Shown in pieces: positions 1-9,620 of a stretch of 32,000 bases of DNA. Position numbers and translations under genes: made by a program. Under the pieces are notes generated by a model that did not search any database, was not told the origin of the DNA, and saw only the letters and a list, made by a program, of their open reading frames with translations. Every line of letters starts with the position of its first letter. Within the stretch, counting starts at the first letter, position 1. Source of the stretch: Methanocaldococcus jannaschii DSM 2661 (GTDB taxonomy: Archaea > AGJL01 > Methanococci > Methanococcales > Methanocaldococcaceae). The DNA is taken from assembly GCF_000091665.1 (NCBI RefSeq), contig NC_000909.1, positions 1,222,961 through 1,254,960 on the forward strand, in the 5' to 3' direction.

Positions 1-217
1 GTTTTGTATAAACTAAATACCTTGCTGGTAATATAGCATCTGTATCTACGTTATTTCCAAACTTCCAAACTCTTCCCTTTATTATACTTCTCATTATTTC
101 ACCTTTTGAATATGATTAATGTAGATTATAACTAAAATAAAAAGTAAGTGAATAAATAAGTTTTGTTTTCTGTATTGTTTAATATGAAAATCTAAATATA
201 AGAAAATAGAAATAACA

Positions 218-757
218 TTAGTCAAACTTCTTTTTTAATGGCTCTAAATGTTTAACTAATGTATTTAATATCTTCTCCAATTCTTCCCTAAGGGCTTCTT
301 TTTCTATTCTATCTGATTTTATATATTTTCCTAAATCTTCAATATATGTTGTTGTTGCTATTATGTAGTTCAAATCATGATTTATTTTAACTTTTCCAAA
401 TATTGGAATTTTAAACATATTTTTAAAATCAGTTTGATACATAACTAAAACATCATTTGGTTCAACCAAGTCATTTTTAATTACTGCTTCAAATGTTAAA
501 ACTGACTGAGAACCAAGAATTTTTGACGCCATCCCCTCAATTTTTCTATCTACCGTAATCCTAAGTATGTGTAAGACCGGATGATTTACAAATTTGAAGG
601 TTAAGCTGTGAGAGCTTTCTGTTGGTGAGTTAATTTCTGTTAAAACAGCTCCATTTTTATACATAAAATTTATTAACTCACCAACGAATATCTCGTCAAT
701 GCTCTTAGTGTATTCTCTTGAATGAGTTATTTTTTTAGCTAAATCAAAAATTCCCAT
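218..757 (-). CDS. Uncharacterized protein, paralog of the adjacent upstream ORF
   Basis: Intact 179-aa ORF. Shares the pattern YIDEIFVGELINFMYKNGAVLTEI with YIDEVFLGAIITTLTDNGYVLMDI in the neighbour, and a similar C-terminal ...LVKHLEPLKKK / LAKYLEIHKKVE. Confidence 0.75.
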   Translation of the reverse strand: MGIFDLAKKITHSREYTKSIDEIFVGELINFMYKNGAVLTEINSPTESSHSLTFKFVNHPVLHILRITVDRKIEGMASKILGSQSVLTFEAVIKNDLVEPNDVLVMYQTDFKNMFKIPIFGKVKINHDLNYIIATTTYIEDLGKYIKSDRIEKEALREELEKILNTLVKHLEPLKKKFD

Positions 758-1315
758 TTATTCCACCTTTTTATGAATTTCTAAATATTTAGCAAGAGAG
801 GATATTATTGCATTTATATCATTATTTAGTTTTTCCCAATCAATCGTTAGCGTGTCAAAGTCAATGTAATCGTTTATTAGCAAATAAGTTGCACAATTTA
901 CAAAAGTATAATAACCATCATACTCATATCTAATACTTCCAATGTTTGATAGCATTTGAGATAGGTATCCTTTTAATCCTAAACCAAATAAGGATGGTGG
1001 GATTCCTTTAATCATAACCCCATAAGAAAATTCAATAAACATCCTCGCCCCTATAACTTTGACATCTGTTAATGAGTGGGGAAGCACTTCAGCAACTATT
1101 TTTATTCTATCCCAGCTTTCTAAATGTTCAAACATAAAGTAATGGAAGTTTCCATTTGAAGCGATGTCCATTAAAACATATCCATTGTCAGTTAATGTTG
1201 TTATTATTGCCCCTAAAAAAACTTCATCAATATATGTTGCTTTATTTTCTTCATTTTTTAATTTCCAACCTTTTTTTATTAATTCTATAAACCTCTTATC
1301 CATTAAAATCACCAA
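758..1315 (-). CDS. Uncharacterized protein, tandem paralog of 218..757
   Basis: Intact 185-aa ORF ending directly next to the downstream gene; same domain layout as the 179-aa neighbour. The start may be the internal ATG at MDKRFIELIKKG. Confidence 0.75.
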   Translation of the reverse strand: MVILMDKRFIELIKKGWKLKNEENKATYIDEVFLGAIITTLTDNGYVLMDIASNGNFHYFMFEHLESWDRIKIVAEVLPHSLTDVKVIGARMFIEFSYGVMIKGIPPSLFGLGLKGYLSQMLSNIGSIRYEYDGYYTFVNCATYLLINDYIDFDTLTIDWEKLNNDINAIISSLAKYLEIHKKVE

Positions 1316-1496
1316 TTGCCATAATAAAATTTTTAATACTTTAAACTATTTATAGAAATAATTTTAAAGTATTTATTAGGTATCCATTCAACTATATAAA
1401 AATTTCTACTGTATTCAGGTATATTGCTTAAAAATTTAAAATTTTATATTAGTTTTAAATATAAAAATTTGTATATTTAAATATATAGGTGAAAAT

Positions 1497-1970
1497 ATGA
1501 ATTTAATATTAACTCTACTCATAATTTTTGCCATAATTGGGCTTTTAATTTTAATTTTTGGAATTTGGCTGATAAAAAAACTTCTATTTCCAAAAAAGAA
1601 GCCAAAACCATATCAAGTTAGACATGGAAGCTCATCAAGTAAAAGAGGTTATGGAAGTCATGATGTTTATCATCACCATTATGTAACTAAAGATGTCTAT
1701 GTCCATGATTATGGCGATGACGACATTTATGATGAAAGAGGAAAAAAAGAGGGTGATAAAGATGATAGTTTAATAGATAAAGCCATTGCCTTTGGAGCTG
1801 GAGCAGTAACTGGTTATGGAGTAGCAGAATATGGTGAAGAGATTAAAGAAGAGGTTGAAGATATTGTAAAAGAGGGAGAAGATATAATTGATGATATTGT
1901 GGAAGAGGCAGAGGACTTTGTTGAAGATGTTGTTGATGACTTTGATAATGGAGGAGACGACGACTATTAA
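1497..1970 (+). CDS. Small membrane-anchored protein with N-terminal TM segment, His/Tyr-rich middle and very acidic tail
   Basis: 157-aa ORF beginning [28 protein letters not shown], with a [37 protein letters not shown] tail; upstream aggtgaaaatatg. Confidence 0.7.
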
Positions 1971-1986
1971 AGAGGAGGTGTTTTTT

Positions 1987-4900
1987 ATGAAAAAATTTGT
2001 TATTATTTTGACTATTTCGATTGCTGTCCTATTTGCTGGTTGTGTTTCAGAGGAAGGAAGTTATGAAGAGTCAAAAATATCTGAAAAATCTATATCATCA
2101 CCATTAGATATTGTTCCAAAATCATCTGAAAAAGTTGTATATACTAAAACAGAAGGATTTGTTGATTTATTGGGAGAGAATAGTGAAATAGTAAATGCAT
2201 ATAAGGAGTTAATTGGGAAGTATGGTTTAAGTGTGGATGATATTGAATACACAATCCAAGCAGACAATACTTATGTATTAAAGGGATATGGCTTAGATGA
2301 ATATAAATTCATGGACGAACTTGGCTTAGATTATAAAGAAGAAAAATATAATGGAGCAAATATGCTTATAAATGAAAATCACAATTATGCTGTTGCAAAA
2401 TACAAAAATTACCTTATTCATGGAAATACTGAAGATGTAAAAAGAGTTATAGACACAATAAAAGGGGACTATCCATCGATAACAGAGAAGAAGGAAATTA
2501 AGGACATGTTAAGTAAAGTAGATGACGATTATGTAATAGCAAATATCGGAAGAAATTATAAGGGGTATTATGGCGCTTTTATATACCTTAAGGGAAGAAA
2601 TGTAGAGTTTGATGTTGTTGCCGTATATAATGACGTAGATGATGCAAAAGAGCAGTATGAATATGTAAAAGAGGAATTAGAGGATGAATTAGATAATGGA
2701 AACATCAAAGATTACGATATAGATAGGGATGGCAATATAGTTGTAGCAAAGGTAATAATGAGTAAAGAGGAATTCTTAGGAGATTATGCTAACAAACTTG
2801 GTTTAAATTTTGGAAATGAAATAAAATACAATACTGAAAATGAATACAATACACAAACTAAAGAGAAAAGTGAATTTAACCACGATAATACCAACAAAGT
2901 TAATAAAAATATCAATCTTGAAGAGCCATATAATTTAATCCCAAATGTGTTTTGGGCGAGCTATGTGGATGTAGGAAAGTTTTCTAAAGTGGTGAAGGGA
3001 AAGGGCGTGTATGATGAGTTAAACAGTATATTAAAGTGCTATGGATTATCTCCAGATGATGTTGAGTTTTATATGAACTTAGAAACAGCCAATTTAATAA
3101 AAACAGATAAACTAACTGCTAAAGAATACTTAAAAAAATTGGGCTATAGTTACAATGAGGAATATTATGGTGGAGCTACTTTGTTAGTATATACTACAGA
3201 AGTATCTGATATGGTAGGCAAATTTGCAGCTACAAACTATAAAGGATATTTCATATTTGGATTAAAAGGAGGAGTTGAAAAAGTTATTGATGCTATAAAT
3301 GGAAAAAATAATTTGGTAACTGAAGATGAAAATATAAGAGAGATAATAAATGAAATGCCAAAAGGATATTTTGCATTCAAATTATACAATCAGTTTGATG
3401 CAGATGGAGGGGAATTTTATTATGATGAGGGAGATAAAATTGTAATTAAGGGACTTTGGATATGTATTGATGATGAATATGCTAAAAAAAGAAAATATAT
3501 TATAGAAAATGATTATGAAAACTATGGATATACAGATTATAATATTGAAGTGGATGGAAATAGAGTAACAACCACACTTACTATTGACAAAGATGAGTTT
3601 GGTGAGTATGATGGATACACTCTTGTAAGTTCTGATTGGATTGGATTGAAAAAACTTGAAAATTGTGAAAATGTAAATGAAGAAGAAGAAAACCAAATTA
3701 ATGAAGAGCAACAAACCAACGTAGAAAATGAACAACAGACCGAACAGCAGTTTGAAAATGAAGATAAAGAGACCAACACTTATGAATTACCTTTAACATG
3801 GAAAGAACTCGAAGTTGCAGGAATGGATGGAGTTATGTTCGACTTTGGAAATAAGAAAGTAACATTTGAAGATTGGAAATATAGCCCTTGTGAATTTAGA
3901 AATCCAATAATTATAGATGGAAATAAAATATGGTGTTTTGGATTTAGTGGAGGAGAGTATGGATATTTCACATATAACGATAATATGGGATTCGATGCCG
4001 ATGTTGATGACATAATTTTAATAGAAATGCCTTACAATGTAAAAGCAGTATGTGATGACTTTTATGGAGCGGGGTGGTTTATAGAGGATGATAATGGAAA
4101 GTTGCATCATGTAATATTTGACTGTCCAAAAGAAACAATAATGGATAAAACAGGAAATGTTGAAATTGATTTAGCTAAAATTAAAAAAGATGTTGTGGTA
4201 GCAAATGTGGATGTTGATGAATTGATGGCTGGAGCAGAGGATAATAAAAATAATTACAAAATAGTTATTGGTTGGAAAGGAAATAAACTTTACTTAATTA
4301 CTATGGAGAAAGATAAGTTTGAAGATTGGGCTTATAACAGTAAATATGAAGATGGATTTGATGAACCATTCCCACCTGTGCAAATTAAGGAGTTTGAGTT
4401 TAATGGTAATATAATAGATGCAAGAAGTGATTTTAGGAATTATATAATAGTGGCAACAGAAAATGGGCTTTATATAATAACTGTTTATAAAAGAGAGCCA
4501 GATGAGTTTAAAATAACTGACTCTTTAAAAACAAATATTGAATGTTATGCTTTTGATACAGGTTCTGGATTATTGGTATATTATGATGGAAGTAAGGTAT
4601 ATTATACAGATATAAAAATTAAATCTGAATCAGATAATTCGGATATTTACTATATTGCAAGAAACTATGAAGGTGGCTTAAATATTGATGGAGTTACTGG
4701 ATTGTCAATATGTCATAACTACAATTGGCTTGGGACACAAGTGGAAGTGGCTGGAGATGGATGGATAAAAACCTACAATATAGAGTTTGAAGCTAAAAAA
4801 GATGCAGAAGGGAACTCTGTATATGACGAAAATGGAAATTCAATATATATAGTTAAATTCGAGCCAAAAAATGTATATTACGATGAAATTTATGATAAAT

Positions 4901-5034
4901 ATTATAGCATAAGTGTCCCATTTGCTGGAAAGTATATTTATAGAGGAGATAGTGGGGATTCAAAAAATGGACGTGTAGAGTTTAGGGTTTATACAACAAA
5001 CAACAAGCTCTATCTATTTGGAACTAATTGGTAA
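1987..5034 (+). CDS. Large secreted lipoprotein with duplicated N-terminal domain and probable beta-propeller-like C-terminal half
   Basis: The ORF track begins at 1888, but the signal peptide MKKFVIILTISIAVLFAGCVSEE with lipobox-like LFAGC starts at ATG 1987, preceded by gaggtg. Acidic/Gln-rich linker about residues 560-600. Confidence 0.8.
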   Translation: MKKFVIILTISIAVLFAGCVSEEGSYEESKISEKSISSPLDIVPKSSEKVVYTKTEGFVDLLGENSEIVNAYKELIGKYGLSVDDIEYTIQADNTYVLKGYGLDEYKFMDELGLDYKEEKYNGANMLINENHNYAVAKYKNYLIHGNTEDVKRVIDTIKGDYPSITEKKEIKDMLSKVDDDYVIANIGRNYKGYYGAFIYLKGRNVEFDVVAVYNDVDDAKEQYEYVKEELEDELDNGNIKDYDIDRDGNIVVAKVIMSKEEFLGDYANKLGLNFGNEIKYNTENEYNTQTKEKSEFNHDNTNKVNKNINLEEPYNLIPNVFWASYVDVGKFSKVVKGKGVYDELNSILKCYGLSPDDVEFYMNLETANLIKTDKLTAKEYLKKLGYSYNEEYYGGATLLVYTTEVSDMVGKFAATNYKGYFIFGLKGGVEKVIDAINGKNNLVTEDENIREIINEMPKGYFAFKLYNQFDADGGEFYYDEGDKIVIKGLWICIDDEYAKKRKYIIENDYENYGYTDYNIEVDGNRVTTTLTIDKDEFGEYDGYTLVSSDWIGLKKLENCENVNEEEENQINEEQQTNVENEQQTEQQFENEDKETNTYELPLTWKELEVAGMDGVMFDFGNKKVTFEDWKYSPCEFRNPIIIDGNKIWCFGFSGGEYGYFTYNDNMGFDADVDDIILIEMPYNVKAVCDDFYGAGWFIEDDNGKLHHVIFDCPKETIMDKTGNVEIDLAKIKKDVVVANVDVDELMAGAEDNKNNYKIVIGWKGNKLYLITMEKDKFEDWAYNSKYEDGFDEPFPPVQIKEFEFNGNIIDARSDFRNYIIVATENGLYIITVYKREPDEFKITDSLKTNIECYAFDTGSGLLVYYDGSKVYYTDIKIKSESDNSDIYYIARNYEGGLNIDGVTGLSICHNYNWLGTQVEVAGDGWIKTYNIEFEAKKDAEGNSVYDENGNSIYIVKFEPKNVYYDEIYDKYYSISVPFAGKYIYRGDSGDSKNGRVEFRVYTTNNKLYLFGTNW

Positions 5035-5098
5035 TAAAATACATATGTAATTTTTTGCAAACATTTTAAAATACATAATGTAGTGATGAATACTGTTT

Positions 5099-5165
5099 CC
5101 CGTTTCCATAGCTTACCATAGCATTTAATAACTTACTATACGAATCGGTAAGCTATGGAAATGGG
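5099..5165. repeat. Long inverted repeat (19-bp arms, 1 mismatch, 29-nt loop)
   Basis: CCCGTTTCCATAGCTTACC at 5099-5117 and GGTAAGCTATGGAAATGGG at 5147-5165; a further CCATAGCTT copy at 5177-5185 could pair with the right arm. Confidence 0.85.
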
Positions 5166-5335
5166 TTGTCCTCAGCCCATAGCTTCATCGGGAGCACCAT
5201 TCCCTTCACTATGAGTTCATCAGACTTAGGACTGAACAGATACAGCCCCAAAATCCAAACTTCGTTAATATTTAGTATCAACATTTCGTCTCGAAGGCAA
5301 AGCCTCCTCATTAACATTATGATATAACAATACAT
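5153..5335 (-). pseudogene. Possible truncated transposon-associated ORF (TnpB-like C-terminal tail debris?)
   Basis: 60-aa ORF MYCYIIMLMRRLCLRDEMLILNINEVWILGLYLFSPKSDEL... whose stop codon lies inside the 5099-5165 hairpin. The family assignment is a guess. Confidence 0.25.
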
Positions 5336-5383
5336 ATTACTATTTTAATAAAAAAACAATATTTATATTGTGATATTGTTTAT

Positions 5384-5741
5384 GAGATTGTTAAGTTAAG
5401 TTTTTATTAAATATTGATAAAAAATAATAAACTATGAGGCTCACGATAGAAGTTATAAAGGAGAGAATCGTAGAGAGGAAGCTTTTTAAAAGGAATAGGA
5501 ATCGATAGAGGTTAAAATCTTAGCAGGGCTTTTATACTACCTCGGATTATCATTGAGGAAAGTGGTTTATCCCCCTCCAAATTCGAAGATATAAGTCACG
5601 AATCGATTAGAATTTATTATCATAAGATTAAAGAGGTTTTAAATAGATTTCCAAGTAATAGTAAATTCGATACGGTTGTTAGTTGGATAAAAAGCTTCAT
5701 GATGTTCTATAATTGGGTGAAATCACTAACTTGACAACCTC
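5384..5741. mobile_element. Putative ends of the decayed IS (imperfect 15-bp terminal inverted repeats)
   Basis: GAGATTGTTAAGTTA (5384-5398) against the reverse complement of TAACTTGACAACCTC (5727-5741) = GAGGTTGTCAAGTTA, 13/15 match. Confidence 0.45.
5434..5734 (+). pseudogene. Decayed IS6-family-like transposase remnant: frameshifted, with internal deletion of the catalytic region
   Basis: Pieces across frames: [22 protein letters not shown] / [21 protein letters not shown] / [50 protein letters not shown]. The HTH-like [19 protein letters not shown] block joins directly to the C-terminal tail. Confidence 0.6.
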
Positions 5742-5750
5742 GGTGATAGA

Positions 5751-6809
5751 ATGAGGAAGATTATTTTAATATTTTTTATATTTTTAATACTCCAAAATAT
5801 CTACGCTTATGAAAAAATCTATGATGTTAATCATGTTTGCTACTACACATTAACATCTGTTGAACTTCAAAAATTTGTAAAAACTGCAGAGATTATAACC
5901 CCCTTAAACGCAGATAACAAAACAACAATTACAAAAGATACAATATTAGTTGGCAATCCAGAAGAAAATCCTTTAACAAAAAAATACATTGGATTCTTTA
6001 AAATAAAAATAAATAAAACCTTTCCAGGAAAAAATAAAGGGATTATTGAAAAACAGATAATAAATGGACATACAGTCATTCTATTAGCTGGTTCTGATAT
6101 ACAGGGAACTTATGCATCAATAATAACATTTGCTAATCTAAACGACATTCCAGAAAACCCAATTATATGTGAAACCTCAAACAAAGTTAATATTTACAGC
6201 ACGTCTCTTAATAGTGAATATTTTAGAGACTTTATTGAAAAAAATATATTAACACCAAAAGAAATTGAAAAAGTTAAATCCCTATCTTATAAATTAAAAG
6301 GAAAGGATAAAAAGGCTACTATTGAAAATATAGCAAAGTGGGTAGCAAACAACATAAAGTATGATTATGATAAGTGTAAAAAAATAGAAAGTGGAAAATT
6401 TAGCTGGGATGAGTACAATACCCCATCAGAAACGGTAAAAACAAAAAAAGGAGTTTGTTTAGATTACGCCACATTAACCTCCGCTCTATTGCTAAATGAT
6501 AATATAATCCCTTATATGTTAGATGTTGCTTTATATAATACCTCATCATTAAAAATCTCATCCTATCATGCTTCAGTTGCTGTGAAAATAGATAATACAT
6601 ACTTTGTTATAGACCAACAGCCATATTTGATTCCAATTAACGAATATACTGCCCAAACATTTGAAGACAATTTGAGAATCGCCAGCATTGTAATGTTTAG
6701 AGTTGTAAAAGAAAGGGATGGCATAAAATTAATAAAAGAAAAAGAAGTTCCAGGAATTGCAATATATGGGGATTTAATAAACCTCTTAGAAATGAGATTT
6801 AATAACTAA
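5751..6809 (+). CDS. Secreted transglutaminase-like domain protein
   Basis: Signal peptide MRKIILIFFIFLILQNIYAY; Cys-His-Asp-type signature ...KTKKGVCLDYATLTSALL...SYHASVAVKIDNTYFVIDQQP. Confidence 0.7.
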   Translation: MRKIILIFFIFLILQNIYAYEKIYDVNHVCYYTLTSVELQKFVKTAEIITPLNADNKTTITKDTILVGNPEENPLTKKYIGFFKIKINKTFPGKNKGIIEKQIINGHTVILLAGSDIQGTYASIITFANLNDIPENPIICETSNKVNIYSTSLNSEYFRDFIEKNILTPKEIEKVKSLSYKLKGKDKKATIENIAKWVANNIKYDYDKCKKIESGKFSWDEYNTPSETVKTKKGVCLDYATLTSALLLNDNIIPYMLDVALYNTSSLKISSYHASVAVKIDNTYFVIDQQPYLIPINEYTAQTFEDNLRIASIVMFRVVKERDGIKLIKEKEVPGIAIYGDLINLLEMRFNN

Positions 6810-7550
6810 TTCTATTACTTTAAAAATCAACGGAAAAGGAGAGACAATATACAAAATATAAGAAAGACATATGAAAACCAAAAAAGGGAGTTGAGGAGTA
6901 ACCCAAACTTTTCCTTTGTATGTTTTTTTCTCTTCCTTTTCTTCATTTATATTGGGAATTAAGGAAAGGTTTTCATCATCCCCCATAATGGTCTCAAATT
7001 TTTTAACTTTGTCTATATCTTTTTTTAAAGCTATAAACAATAATGGTAAATTCTTTAACTTTAATCTTTTATGATTTCCATTTTTTAGGTTTATTAATAA
7101 GATAAATATACAGTAGGGGATGACAAAAAGTATTGCATTTAAAAAAATAATGAAGGTAAAGAACATCCCTTTTAAATAACTCAGCCCCATTAAAAATTTA
7201 CAATCTCCTCCTCCCATAAAATTAAGGTAGTATAAAAAAATTCCAATCAAATAAAATACTAAAAAAGATAACGCAAAGTATGATTTAAACAAAATAAATG
7301 ACAATAAAAATAAAAACACTCCAATATAAACTAACTTATTAAACTTTTCATATCTAACAGATAGGGTAATAAATAAAACAGCAAAAATCTCAATAAAAAA
7401 TAGTAATAAACTTTTATTATATAGGAGATGAATAAAAACTCCTACCCAGAGCATAGATATCCATAAAAAGTCAGTAACCTCTCTTTTTCTCCAATCCTCA
7501 ACTGCCCCATATATTGAGCAAATCAACCCATATAAATAACCCAAATCCAT
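6786..7550 (-). CDS. Prepilin/preflagellin-type A24 aspartyl peptidase
   Basis: Polytopic; EDWRKREVTDFLW near the N-terminus and GGGDCKFL (GxGD-type motif); located at the end of a pilus cluster. Confidence 0.8.
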   Translation of the reverse strand: MDLGYLYGLICSIYGAVEDWRKREVTDFLWISMLWVGVFIHLLYNKSLLLFFIEIFAVLFITLSVRYEKFNKLVYIGVFLFLLSFILFKSYFALSFLVFYLIGIFLYYLNFMGGGDCKFLMGLSYLKGMFFTFIIFLNAILFVIPYCIFILLINLKNGNHKRLKLKNLPLLFIALKKDIDKVKKFETIMGDDENLSLIPNINEEKEEKKTYKGKVWVTPQLPFLVFICLSYILYIVSPFPLIFKVIELVIKSHF

Positions 7551-7562
7551 ACTTCCACCAAA

Positions 7563-8102
7563 TTAATTAATGTTCCAGCTTTGATATTCAAAAGAATTAT
7601 TTAAAGATGAATAAAACATCCTTGGAGTCGTTATAAAAATATCTGTCAAAACAAATCCCTTAGAAGATATTCCTTTTTGTGGATTAAAAATTGTTATGTT
7701 GTGATTAAAATCTTCATCATGCAAAGAAACATAAAGCATTGGTGAATTACCATAAATGACATTGAAATAGCTATTTTTGCAGGATTCATTTAGGATGAGA
7801 TAAGAAGTGTCACTAAAATTGTTTATACTCTCATTAAGATTATAGTTAAGAATTACATCTGAATAGTTATTTAACAACTCAACTTCAATTGGCGAAGTTG
7901 TATCATTAAAGACAAAATTACCGCTTTCATTAATTGTTATAGTATAGTTTTTATATGAACTTTTAACATATAATATTCCAGAAAAGCTTCCATTCATTGA
8001 CATGTTTATATATGTTACATTCTCAGAGTTATTGTAATATCCACTTGTATTTATAAAGGATACATTTTCTGCCAATGAGTTGTTAAAAACATCCTTTGCC
8101 AT
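7563..8102 (-). CDS. C-terminal part of a frameshifted pilin-like secreted protein
   Basis: 179-aa ORF starting mid-protein; joins to 8051..8713 if one base is added at the GGG run near 8120-8122 (..VSKEG + DFAIFIMAKDVFNNSLAENV..). Confidence 0.55.
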   Translation of the reverse strand: MAKDVFNNSLAENVSFINTSGYYNNSENVTYINMSMNGSFSGILYVKSSYKNYTITINESGNFVFNDTTSPIEVELLNNYSDVILNYNLNESINNFSDTSYLILNESCKNSYFNVIYGNSPMLYVSLHDEDFNHNITIFNPQKGISSKGFVLTDIFITTPRMFYSSLNNSFEYQSWNIN

Positions 8103-8713
8103 AATAAATATAGCAAAATCCCTTCTTTTGATACATTTAAGATATAATAATATAACGATTTTTCATTGGAATTATTATAAATGGTTTCATTAAGTATCAA
8201 ATTTCCAAATCTATCATAAACAAATACATTAACATAACTTCCAGTTATATTAAAACTCCCAGTAACTGAGCCATTTTCAGAGATATTTAACAATAGATTC
8301 TTGCTGAATACATAATTTGATACGTTTAAACTTCCGTTAAATGCCCCTCCAAATCCATAATTTGATATGTTATAAGAAAAATTTCCATTGTATAGTGAAA
8401 AATTGAATGTTAAGTTTTTTGCCTCATATCTTATATTAGAAAATATTATTTTTTTGTAATTAATTTCAATGCCTTCATCTTTATAATTATTTTTTAGCAT
8501 GTCTAAATTTTTACTTAAATTTGAGTTTGAAGTTAAAGAGTTTATTAAACAGCTTTCTATAGAGTTTTTGACATCTTTCATTTTAAATACTGTTAAATAA
8601 GAGCCATCAGAAGTATAGGAGTTAAAACCAAGTAAGAAAAACAATATTAATCCAATGGATAAAATAACTCCACCAATAATAAAAAACTGCCCTCTTTTAT
8701 TCATCTCCACCAT
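8051..8713 (-). CDS. Pilin-like protein, N-terminal part (frameshifted)
   Basis: N-terminus MNKRGQFFIIGGVILSIGLILFFLLGF (likely start 8704) resembles archaeal pilin-like signal/hydrophobic segments. The last ~20 residues LLWQRMFLTTHWQKMYPL are out-of-frame reading. Confidence 0.6.
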   Translation of the reverse strand: MVEMNKRGQFFIIGGVILSIGLILFFLLGFNSYTSDGSYLTVFKMKDVKNSIESCLINSLTSNSNLSKNLDMLKNNYKDEGIEINYKKIIFSNIRYEAKNLTFNFSLYNGNFSYNISNYGFGGAFNGSLNVSNYVFSKNLLLNISENGSVTGSFNITGSYVNVFVYDRFGNLILNETIYNNSNEKSLYYYILNVSKEGILLYLLWQRMFLTTHWQKMYPL

Positions 8714-9066
8714 AATATCAACCTTAACTTATAAAAATTTACTGAGGTGTTATTCTCAAATATAAAATTTCTCTCAACAACAACTCCATTTTTTGCATCA
8801 GAATAAATTAAATTCCCATTTTTGTAAATCTCAAATCCATAACCTACATTACTTGGCAGTTCAATTTTTTTGTAGAGGGAGGAGATATTTTCAAAATCCC
8901 CCTCCTCAATATGTGCAGAGTATAATGCATTATATCCAATAAATTCTAAAGAAAGATTATAATCAAAATTCTGGGACATTACCAAATAAGAAAAAACTAA
9001 TATAACCATAATACCTGCAATTGTAGCTTCTAAGATTCTAATAAACCCTTTATTGTTAAGTATCAT
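8701..9066 (-). CDS. Type IV pilin-like protein
   Basis: 121 aa; MILNNKGFIRILEATIAGIMVILVFSYLVMSQ. Confidence 0.65.
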   Translation of the reverse strand: MILNNKGFIRILEATIAGIMVILVFSYLVMSQNFDYNLSLEFIGYNALYSAHIEEGDFENISSLYKKIELPSNVGYGFEIYKNGNLIYSDAKNGVVVERNFIFENNTSVNFYKLRLILWWR

Positions 9067-9617
9067 CTTCCCACTTCTAAAATGCCGTAGTATTTGAGAG
9101 TTATGTTTTCATTTTTATCAACTATATAGAACGGAACTTCAAACAACTTATTACAACTAATACCTTGGAATTCCCTATAGTTGATAGAATAGTTTTTTGG
9201 ATATATTATCTCAATATCCCCATACTCTCCTTTTTTGTATTTTGCAGAAATATTATAATGCCCTATAATTCTTAAAAACTCATGATTTTTTGTTATAATG
9301 AATTCATCCTTAGAAGGGGAGTATGCAATAATGTATGAGCCATTCAAGTTTTCAAGATACTTTATTAACTCTCTACTTTCAGATGTGTCTTTGAATACAA
9401 ATCCCTCAATAACATATCCTATTTTATTAACTTTAAAATTAAAAATTAAATCTCCCTTTGAAATTGAATAATTATATTTTAAATCATTATAATACATTAA
9501 AAACTCTTTTTTAGCTTCTTCAATATCATAAACACTATGTAAATTAACGGTTTCAGATATAACATAGACACATACAATTAAAAACATGGCTGTTGCAAGT
9601 AAATAGTCCAATTCCAT
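9063..9617 (-). CDS. Pilus-cluster membrane-anchored protein (pseudopilin-like)
   Basis: 184 aa; N-terminal hydrophobic MELDYLLATAMFLIVCVYVISETVNLH; overlaps the next gene by 4 nt. Confidence 0.6.
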   Translation of the reverse strand: MELDYLLATAMFLIVCVYVISETVNLHSVYDIEEAKKEFLMYYNDLKYNYSISKGDLIFNFKVNKIGYVIEGFVFKDTSESRELIKYLENLNGSYIIAYSPSKDEFIITKNHEFLRIIGHYNISAKYKKGEYGDIEIIYPKNYSINYREFQGISCNKLFEVPFYIVDKNENITLKYYGILEVGR

Positions 9618-9620
9618 TTA

